Source: Catajapyx aquilonaris
Taxonomy: Eukaryota
Direction: 5' to 3'
Assembly (NCBI GenBank): GCA_000934665.2
Contig: KZ538331.1
Location: 62,001 to 83,522, forward strand
Length of the DNA: 21,522 nucleotides
Below the pieces are notes generated by a model. That model was not told where the DNA came from. It was given only the letters and a program-made list of their open reading frames with translations, and did no database searches. The position numbers were made by a program, and so were the translations under genes. Below, piece after piece: positions 12,673-21,522 of the stretch. Positions within the stretch are counted from its first letter, which is position 1, and each line of letters starts with the position of its first letter.

Positions 12673-12702
12673 ATAGTCATTTTGAGTTTTGACTTTATGG
12701 AG
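12673..12702 (+). other. Srrm234: Candidate 30-nt poison (PTC) cassette microexon
   Basis: Long pyrimidine tract ending ccttctccaCAG and a consensus donor GAG|GTGAGT. In-frame TAG (12674-12676) and TGA (12683-12685). TGC motifs at 12654 and 12658. Confidence 0.6.
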
Positions 12703-13825
12703 GTGAGTACTGGCCTCTTCTATACCCTCATTTAGGACAACTCAGTAGAAGCAAAAGCTATTGTAACTTAGCTTATTGGTTCCACTCAGTTATCCACACA
12801 TCGGATACCCAAATTTTCACCTACTTCACAAAATGACAAGCATTCAGAAAGTTCATTTCTTTGTTTTCTTTGTGCAAAAGATGCCGTAGTAAAATTGCCA
12901 GTTTTCTTTGCACCAGTTGGGTAATTGTTTCATGGATATTCAGCTGTCCTATGCAAGATGAACTTACTGCAGATGATTGTAAATATTAAATTGCCCCTTT
13001 TCTTTTAAGTACAAGGGTCAGTCTAATGACAATTGACCAGGCATCCTTTGCCAGCATGGTGATTACTAAATAGATTTTAAAAGCCAATTTGAGCCGTCAG
13101 CAGGTTCTAATCCACATGAACCCCCCCACTCCACCTTGTCAGGCTGAATCACCATGAGGATGGGTGACAAGGGGGATATGGTACGGAGGCTGACCCTTTT
13201 CTTCTCAACCTGGTTTCTCTACCTCTGGCCCAATTTTCTTTAGTAAGGTAGATCGACAGTTCTCTGAAGACATTTTTACTCTGATGTCAATGCAACTTTT
13301 TAGGTGTGTTGAAGAGACTTCAGTGAATTGCCAGTGTCCCATGTTATCATGACATATGTGTGTTGGTTGATTTTCATTCAATTGACCCTTGTAATTTGGC
13401 CAATGCATCTGCCCAACCTACCATCATGTATGAGAAAGTGATAACTGCAGATTGGCATACGCAAAAGATACTTTTATGTGCCTTGCACAAAGGATGAATT
13501 TTGTGTGCTCTGACAACGTGCAGTTAACATCTTTCTGGTGTTGAATAAAATTGTAGTTCAGGCCTTCCATGGGACGGTAGTATTGACAGCTCTTGTAGGC
13601 TTTCCTTGTAGAGCATGCTAATTATGTGATTCCTTCTGACCCAATGGAAGTTATCCAGAGTAAGGAATGTGTGGGGTTCAATTTTAAATTAAACAAAGTT
13701 AGTGTCAGTTACCTTGTAGTGAAAAGCACTTCCTAGAATGGAAGTTCAAAACTGACCAAAAAAAGGAGCATTTTGTAATTTTCACAACTGTAATCTGAGT
13801 TTCTGTTTCTCCCAAAATCTTCCAG

Positions 13826-13858
13826 ACCTCGACAGGAGAATATTACTGCAGCAAAGAG
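13826..13858 (+). other. Srrm234: Candidate 33-nt frame-preserving cassette exon (RPRQENITAAK)
   Basis: Acceptor ttctgtttctcccaaaatcttcCAG, weak donor GAG|GTACAA. Symmetric phase 2/2 and stop-free in the Srrm234 frame. Confidence 0.35.
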
Positions 13859-14944
13859 GTACAAAATACAGTACAATTCCACATCCTAGTTTTAAAAGAA
13901 AACTGCAGGGTTGCAACAGTGGCATTGAATTATTATTAATCACATAAAGATAATGGAATAACTGATATAATCAGTCAGCCAAACCACTAATATTGGATGG
14001 TAATCCGCATTAGGAAACAAGTACTTTCTAAGTATAAAGTACAATTACCAGAATTTCAGGATTATGATAATTTTGTGAATGTTGAGTGTTGTCCTTTACA
14101 TTCCAACTGCTAATTTAAATTGCAGGTTAATAGAAATAGAGTTGGAACTAAACTTTTTATTCAGTTATGCACCAGCTCAACTGGGCATTATTTGTATAAT
14201 CGCAAGAAAACCTGGTAATTAATTTGAAAATGTTTGTATTGCCCAGGTTTTTGACTTTGATAATGATCGAAATTTTGCCTGATATGTGGAGTGGTTGGTA
14301 ATTGCCATGTAATGGGCAGGTGGCCTATTCCAATACCGAAGTGTTTTCTGTCACTTTTGGTAGGGAGGCTTTGTTCCAGTCAAAAATTATGTATGTTGGT
14401 GTTGGAATAAGTGTAGTCGGCCACAATGATTGCGGGATGATTGGAATGTGGGTTTGTCACTCAAGCACGTATTGAAGAACAAGCTGCACTTATTGACTCC
14501 AAATAATACAAGCCTATCCAGAAGGCAGGGGTGGGCTGGGAGTGGGTGGCCTTAATAAAGGTGGGAGTCAGAGGCAGGCAGCAGCTCAAGGCTGCCACGT
14601 AATGGCTGAATGTCGCAAGTCCTATATTATGTATGTCACTGTCCACATGTATGTGGGGAAAATCCCATTACTTTTATATGGAGTCACTGAGAAAACATGT
14701 TTGTGAGACATTGCAGGAACGTGAGGCTAACCCTTAAATTTACTACTGCAACAACTTGAAAATATGTGAGCTATTGTGTACATCTGTGGAGGATGATACA
14801 ACATGTATTTAAAACAAGAGGAAAGTGAAATATTTCTGGAAGTTGCTTGCTAGGTTATGGAATTCCTGTGCAGTGACATTAGTACATATACCTGTCTGAG
14901 CAAATATGAGGGTTGCTTTCCTTGTGCAGATTACCATACATTTA

Positions 14945-15100
14945 GGGCCAGTTGCACCGGCCTCAGTAAGAATTGCCACAGCAATCATTGTTGGTCAACA
15001 ATGATTGCTATGGCAATTCTTGTTGGTCAACAATGATTGCTATGGCAATTCTTGTTATACCCGAGGTTCTAAGTTGTACTGAGGCCGGTGCAACTGGTCC
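14945..15100. mobile_element. 156-bp PIF/Harbinger (Tourist-like) MITE
   Basis: 24-bp TIR GGGCCAGTTGCACCGGCCTCAGTA (14945-14968 / 15077-15100, 1 mismatch) flanked by a TTA TSD (14942-14944, 15101-15103). Contains an internal palindrome and a 32-bp tandem duplication. Confidence 0.88.
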
Positions 15101-15440
15101 TTAGTAGTGATTGACTGGTCAGTTTAGGCTGTTATCCCATTATTGTGTGCATGGCCCAAGTGGCTGGAATTTATGCATCAATCAGCTGGACACTAGAATT
15201 AACCATTGCACAAAGTTGGATTAGGGAAAAGTATTATGCAATTAATTTTATGTCACGGATCATTGCAAACGAGCAGCATGCATTTATTTTATTGTTGCGT
15301 CCCAATTTTTTTGTCTTTTGAAGCGGGTTTTGTTTTGCTCATTGTGTGTGCCAATTCTTGCAAACGAAAGTGTGAGAGCATCGAGATCAGTGGCATTGGA
15401 TATGCATATTAACTGGATTGCCTATTTTCTCTATTTACAG

Positions 15441-15552
15441 TACTTCTAGCAGTGAGGATGCAAAGCGCAGAAGCAAGAAAGGGAAGCGAAAGGGAGGCCG
15501 ATCAACAGAGAGACTACGAATCGGCAGAGATGGCCCAAGGGGGTTCACAGAG
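15441..15552 (+). CDS. Srrm234: Srrm234 exon 7 (112 nt)
   Basis: Acceptor ctatttACAG, donor GAG|GTAAAA. Reads in frame as (S)TSSSEDAKRRSKKGKRKGGRSTERLRIGRDGPRGFTE; phase 2/0. Confidence 0.88.
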
Positions 15553-16062
15553 GTAAAAGACCAAATTCAACATTGGTTTAATTTTTTTCGAGTGGTGTCT
15601 ATATTCAGTCCATGGCATTCTTCCTTTGTTTTTGATGCCTGTAAGAGGACTTTGTTCAAAAATAATAATTTAAATGGGTATTGTTATTGTACGTATACTG
15701 TCGAATGGTGCAGGTATAGTTATTGCGATTCAAGTAATGTTCATTGCATGCTGACCTTCAACAAGAGGTGTGTGTTTGACTGAGAAGTTGGCTGGGTGTG
15801 TGTGAATGTGTGTTGTGTGAATCATCCCAGTTATTTGACATGGAAAAGTTGGTCAATAATCCTTCTCATTTGTGACATCATGCATCAATTGTAGGAGAGA
15901 TTAAGTCCTCTTTAAAATGAGTAAGTATGGCAGGAGAGAGTTGTTGTAGCAACCTTCTTGCACTGAACTTCTTTACTTGCACTTGGTTTTTTTGTGTGTT
16001 TGTGTGCATGCAGTAAGGTGGTGGAATAATGCAGATTTTTAAATGCCCTTATTTCATGGCAG

Positions 16063-16127
16063 AAGAAGAAGCGCAGTGACAAGGCCAAGAAAAGCCATAG
16101 GTCTTCGTCCAGCAGTTCTTCTGAAAG
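16063..16127 (+). CDS. Srrm234: Srrm234 exon 8 (65 nt)
   Basis: Acceptor ggCAG followed by tandem AAG triplets, donor AAG|GTAGGT. Reads KKKRSDKAKKSHRSSSSSSSE(S); phase 0/2 restores the frame with exon 7. Confidence 0.88.
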
Positions 16128-16630
16128 GTAGGTTGGGTTGGAGATTTTCTTCTTCTTTGACACTGGTTCTTTCTGTAGGCAATTTGTAGAACATAAGCCA
16201 TGATTTCGTAGGCATTCACAGGCAGTGGACCCGTTTCATTTCCTTCATCATCAGAGTGTTTACTTGTGGTTCTGGCCTGTTTCTTGACCATGATGTATGA
16301 AACTGTATGTAATCAAGGAAGGAAGGAAATGTATTTGTGTGTTTCATACAATGTCAGTATATTTATATAGGTCACATGCACTCTATTTATCTTTGAAAAT
16401 ACAGTAGTAGGCTCTCTGATTCTGCAAGTTCGTAACTTTTAAGCCAAGTACACCACTGAAGATATTTTGTCAAGTGAAAGTTTTTTAGATGTTATCAAAT
16501 GTTCATGTTTGTAAGCATTTATTAATGACAACATCCATTAGATAATCGGAAAAATACATAATTATCAGTTGAGAAATCTGCCCTTAGGGATTGAAAATGA
16601 ATGTTCTGATCTGTGTAACCTACATTACAG

Positions 16631-17608
16631 TGCACCTCCAAGAAAGAAGCCTCATTTGACAACTAGTACATCTCAAAAGAATCGCCGAAACAAGTCACCT
16701 GAAGCATCTGCAATAAAAAAGAACTCTGCACTAAATCACGGCTCCTCAGTAAATAGAGATCTCTCTTCCCACGCAAAAGAGAGACTGGCCGAAGTCGTGT
16801 GGAGGAGGAACCAGGAACGCAATGAGGAGGAGGGCAAGGGCAGGGAGTCTCGGAAAGAGAGACGTAGGCGCAGTCGCAGCCGCAGCTGGAGCCATGGGCG
16901 ACACCCCCAGGACCGACAGGACCAGAAGGGGAACAGTCATGTTGCTTTGAGAGAAAGGAGCCCTGCACCAAGGAAACTAGAATCCAAGCCAGCTAAATCA
17001 ACATCAAAACCTCCTCCTTTCATCCACTCCCCATCCACCTCACCTCCAGCTGCACCATCTCCCCAGTCACCAAAGCCGCGACCAGCATCAGTTATAACAG
17101 CCACAGCACCACCAGTACAGGTCGCCATGCACAATCGCAGTCGCAGCAGTAGCAGCTCAAGCTCCTCCAGCAGACTGAGCTATTCACCAGTGCAACGCAA
17201 TCCAGAGCGGTACAAGGACATACTTGCACCAGCCCCAAAGCCCACCCTGGAAAACAACAACATTACACAGCAGAAGAGCATAGAGGAGGTGGCGGAAGAG
17301 AAGGCAGCTGCAGCTCTTAGAGTGCAGAAAGTGTTGATTCATCTAGGCAAGGGGCGGGACAAGCCCGTGCTCCCTCATGGCCTGTTGGAAGCAGAAACCA
17401 AGGAGAGGAGTGTAGAAAAGACGTCGCTCTCACCACCAGCTCCTTCAAATCAGTTGGGGATGACTGAGGTTAAGAAGATGATGCCGTCTGATTTATTAAG
17501 AAACGTCAACTCATCCAAGAGAGCAGAGCTGTTGCCCAGGAAATCACGATCCAGGTCTCCTAACAACAAGGCACCAGACTGGGTCAGAAAGGGCCACAAA
17601 TCACCCAA
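16631..17608 (+). CDS. Srrm234: Srrm234 exon 9 (978 nt), large low-complexity R/S/P-rich exon
   Basis: Lies within ORF 16569-17612. Acceptor attACAG, donor AA|GTGAGT. Contains RS dipeptides and Pro/Ser-rich tracts; phase 2/2. Confidence 0.93.
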
Positions 17609-17946
17609 GTGAGTGCTCTTTGCTATGTAAAGGTTGCTTTCCGCTGGCATCACCTTTGTTGTTGCCTTTGTCAAAGTTTCCTGAGTTGGTCCTTGCCTTT
17701 GGTTGAAGATTAGAACAAAATAATGGCAAATAGGAAGGCTCCCTCTTGGGAGGAAATAGCCTGGAAACCGGGCATTAAGGGTATATTTTAATATTGCCCT
17801 CCAGAAGAATGAGATATTAAAAGGCAAACCTAACTTAATTATCTGTGACTCTCGCTAGTGCCTGAAATGAAGATGTTTATTTTAGGCAGAGTAATTGAAT
17901 GTTTTTCTGGTTTTCTACCATGTTTTCAAACATGTTCATTTTGCAG

Positions 17947-18348
17947 GAAGCAGAGTCGGAGCCGCAGTCGCAGCAGTGGAGGGAGCAAGAGCCGCAGTCG
18001 CAGCTCTTCATACAGCCGCTCATCCCGATCAGCCAGTCGTAGTGTCTCACCTGCAAGGAGTCGGAGCCGCAGCCGCAGTCGTTCTTCACACTCCAGGTCT
18101 CGTTCATCTCGGTCTAGGAGCCACTCCAAGTCATCTGGGAGCAGCCATAGCCGGAGCAGGAGCCACAGTCGTAGTCGGAGCCATAGCCGGAGCTTCTCAA
18201 GAGCTTCCAGTCATAGTGGAAGCCACAGCAGCTGCAGTGGGAGCAAGAGCAAGAGCCATTCAAGCCAGTCGCGCTCCAGATCTCGCTCACCATCTATTCC
18301 TAGGAGGAGGGGATCACCCAGCTTTTTGGATAGACGTCGCATCACCAG
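17947..18348 (+). CDS. Srrm234: Srrm234 exon 10 (402 nt): RS domain and N-terminal half of the eMIC domain
   Basis: Acceptor ttttGCAG, donor CAG|GTGAAG. RS/SH repeats end in SPSIPRRRGSPSFLDRRRIT, compared with SRRM4 'RRRDSPSHLEARRIT'. Confidence 0.95.
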
Positions 18349-18431
18349 GTGAAGTTCATTATATTTTCAGAAGCATTAGGGAGTGAAATTTTCAGCACTT
18401 TAGCATCAATTTTTTTTTTCCTTGTTTGTAG

Positions 18432-18516
18432 CAGGAAGCTTCCGAGTTCCCGCCCTATTAGTTACAGGTCATATGACCGCAGAAGGTCGCCTCCACAGCA
18501 TCAGCGTCGCAGATAA
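18432..18516 (+). CDS. Srrm234: Proximal alternative last coding exon (eMIC-negative isoform, about 851 aa)
   Basis: Strong U-tract with a tandem TAGCAG acceptor. Reads in frame as (S)RKLPSSRPISYRSYDRRRSPPQHQRRR* and is followed by an AT-rich UTR and AATAAA. Confidence 0.8.
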
Positions 18517-19000
18517 AATGTATGCAAGGAGGACAGCATGTGAAACTCGTGAATTGTACATGTCATAAGCCTAGCGCTAGTTCCTGCTTGCTGGTGGTTT
18601 GTCTTGCAAAACCACACGTGACAGCCAATTTGAGGAGTGACATTCTTTCATGTGAAAAATTGGATTTCTCATATCCATCTTAACTGAAGGCACTGCTACA
18701 TAGCCTCTTTGACAAAATAGTCTCCATGCAGAGGCAATAGTACCCCTGAACACTCCACACTAAAATATCCGAGTTAGGCAGGAACATGACTGCTAGTTTA
18801 AATTTTACTGAAGATATTGAGTAACAACTGTCACGTTCCTATAATTTTGAGGCAAATGTAATTGAAAATGTCTCCCACGTTTGCTTTTTTTTTTTGCTGC
18901 AGTAGCACTTATGTATTTCTTCATTATTTTGTAATTTGATCATGGAATGGTTAATTTCATGTTTTTGGCGCAAGTTTGGTTTTCTTTTATTTTGATCTTG

Positions 19001-19070
19001 TGTACTCTGGAAATAAACACACCATTTACTTTGTTATTATTGATTTGGCATGAGTTTTATTCACTTTTCT
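19001..19070 (+). terminator. Proximal cleavage/polyadenylation signal
   Basis: TGTA (19001-19004), AATAAA (19012-19017) and a U/GU-rich downstream element (tttactttgttattattgattt). Confidence 0.7.
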
Positions 19071-19774
19071 AAGGTGCATGATCTGGTAATTGTTTTACTT
19101 TTATTAGAGCGACCAGTGTGGATGCATTTTTGTTCTTGAGTTCCACGCACATTGAGAAGAAGCACATCATAGATGCTGTACTTTTTCCAGGTAAAAGAGA
19201 TTTTTGGTTTGTGATGTAGGTTAGTCCTCAGTTCACATTTTTGTAACTTTGCTGTTCTCTTTTAATTGCCTTCACGGCTTTAGTGCTCCATTACCTTTCT
19301 TCCAAAAATTGTTAATCAACTAACATTTTTGCTTTCCCAGGATTAACTACTGTATCTCATCCCAGCCCATTCTACCCTACCTTAATTGCAGTACCTTTTG
19401 AGGAATCTTGCAGGAAATTCAAGCATGCTGCATGAAACTTACCCTTAAGCAATTTGGTTCATTAACTCCGAGTCAATATTGGGAATTAATCTAGAGTGGA
19501 ATGGGCTTGATTACTAATCACTGATACTAGTGGTAGTGACTCAGGTAGGAAGCAACTCGTGGAACTACTTTGGTATCTTCAGTCACACTCAACAGTGGAA
19601 TTATTGTATTTATATTGAGTCACGACTCAGGAAACTTTGCGCCTGCTTTCCATAATGCCAAGGGCAATTATTAATTGATTGGAATTACATCAATTGAAGT
19701 ATCACGAGTTGCTCCCTCAACATGAAGTGCTGCCTGGCATGTGATGTGAAAATATACCGTGTTTCCCCCCACAG

Positions 19775-20063
19775 CGCTCGCAAAAGGCCAATTCCGTACC
19801 ACCGGCCAACTCCACCGACACCTTCAAGTCCATCAAGTTGCAGCAGTTCCAGTGGGGGTGACGGTGGAGGGAGTGGCAGTGGAGGGGGTGCAGGAGTAGG
19901 TGGTGGCGGTGGCAACGGAGGGGGTGGTGGAATGGGTGGGCTAGGAGGTAGTGGAATTGGTGGTGGGGTTGGGGGAGGGGGTTACCAGAGCTGGTCAAGG
20001 GTCAGGTCTCAAAGGCTTTCTCAATCTAGATCTCGAAGCGCCAGCCGCTCATCCAGTCAGTGA
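19775..20063 (+). CDS. Srrm234: Distal alternative last coding exon completing the eMIC (SRRM3/4 C-terminal) domain; isoform about 919 aa
   Basis: Acceptor tttccccccACAG. Joins exon 10 in frame to give ITS-ARKRPIPYHRPTP, compared with SRRM4 'ITSARKRPIPYYRPSP'. Followed by a Gly-rich tract, an RS tail and TGA. Confidence 0.95.
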
Positions 20064-21432
20064 AATATATCACAGGAACTAGATATGGCTGAAACGTTTT
20101 CATAATGGGTGGGGTCAATATATATTTTGTTATGTTTTATTTGGATTGCAAACATACGCATGTCTGCAATTCAAGATTAATTTATTTAGCAAAACTACTT
20201 AGTACTTGAGTATATAATACTCGTAATAATTGTGATCTCAAGAGTATCTTTTATTCGCCATTACGTTCATACCTACACACCTTTTAGAGAATTGTTACTC
20301 GAGGTCTCTAATAGAAACTAATTCTGAAACTATTCTTGTCACATGCCAAAAGCTCTTGAATTTTTATTCATGTTCAAATCTAAAGTAGATTGTTTCCTTA
20401 TCGCTGAAAAATAAGCAGCAATGTAAAGTACAGGCATTGAGGCTTGTTGGTTTGGCGAACTGAAGGATTAGTCGACTAATTAATTCACGGAAGTTAAATA
20501 ACGGAAATGATACAATTACATGTGATAAGTGGTGAAAAAAAAATCCTGATTTTTAAAATGTTGATTTTGATTGAAACTAATTTATAGAGTTCTGAAAGAA
20601 AAAATTGAACAAATATTTCCTGTAATATTGCATGTGAAGTCGGGATTTGCATTCATGTGGTTTGCACTTGAATGATGTGTGTCAGGGATATGTAAAAATG
20701 AGAGGATGGTATTGGAAATCAAAGCTTTACCTGACAATACCAAAGGCTTGCCTTTCTAAACTAGAAGGGGGGGAAATATTTAAAATTTTAGTCATACGTA
20801 GAAGTGTAGTTTGCCTCTGAATCACTTATACAAAGGTGTCATTGTAGTCACTAGAGAGTATTGAGGCAGTCTTGCTTGGCAATAATTATGATCAAGAATA
20901 ATGACACTTCAGGATGGCGTACTTAAAAAGTTGTGTTGCGGATTTGAAGTACAAATTTTTGTGGGCATTCTTTCTCAAGTTGTGAAAAGTACAGTGTCAA
21001 GTACTTGAGGTGTGTAAACAATCAGGAGAGATGAAGTCAGGGTAAAGAAAGCAGGCAAAGTCATGGATGAGTCAAGTCACTTATTTGAGTGCATGTTTTA
21101 TGATTGACATGGCATGCTTAATTTATTGTATGGTAACTTATAATATTTATTGAATGTGTGATCCCAGTTTGCTGTGTGATGTTAATTTTTCCATTATGTT
21201 TCAGCACAGTTCAGGGTGTAATCAGGGTTACAACCCATGTTGGAGTCCATTAAATTTTTGGCACATGCAACTTTCTTCCACTGTGCAAGTAGTTTTCCAA
21301 CTGTGATTGGTGCTTTCAAGAGGTAAATCTAGTCTCTGGGATCCGATGCCCATAAGCATATCGTGGACTGCTCATGGTACTTTTTTGCAAAGTACGGTAT
21401 TAAAAAGTTAACTAAGGATTCCCATCATTTAA

Positions 21433-21522
21433 GGGGGCCGGATACCAAAGTCTCCCGCCAGTTTTCAGCCCGCTTCGAGCCAAAATTCGGCGTGCCGACT
21501 TGTCTTCAACCTGCTCGTACGG
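21433..21522. mobile_element. Possible left end of a TTAA-targeting DNA transposon, truncated by the window edge
   Basis: Abrupt change from AT-rich to CpG-rich sequence right after TTAA (21429-21432), starting GGGGG. The other end is not visible. Confidence 0.3.

Noticed and set aside
11895..19998. Antisense and off-frame ORFs over low-complexity exons (e.g. 11980-12246, 17895-18386, 17926-18129, 19685-19915)
   Set aside because: These are shadows of Ser-, RS- and Gly-repeat codons in the real exons.

Overview
Eukaryotic genomic DNA (arthropod-like, probably insect; inferred). Almost the whole window is one intron-rich gene on the + strand: Srrm234, the pre-duplication ortholog of vertebrate SRRM2/SRm300, SRRM3 and SRRM4. 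I reconstructed it by hand as a putative non-coding exon 1 (ends 673) and coding exons 4652-4890, 7052-7156, 9535-9873, 10081-10146, 11986-12150, 15441-15552, 16063-16127, 16631-17608 and 17947-18348, followed by alternative ends. These are a proximal last exon (18432-18516, 851 aa, no eMIC, AATAAA at 19012), a distal last exon (19775-20063, 919 aa) that completes the eMIC microexon-activating domain (RRRGSPSFLDRRRITS|ARKRPIPYHRP), or read-through into the intron (824 aa). The most interesting unexplained signal is a 30-nt stop-containing candidate exon (12673-12702) with strong splice sites and UGC motifs in its pyrimidine tract. That is the signature of eMIC-target microexons and suggests autoregulation. 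The introns also hold a MITE with an 8-bp TSD, a Harbinger-like MITE, a tRNA-derived SINE and a GC-rich, probably TE-derived segment. There are no prokaryotic features. Exon usage is inferred from splice signals and frame continuity only; no expression data were available.
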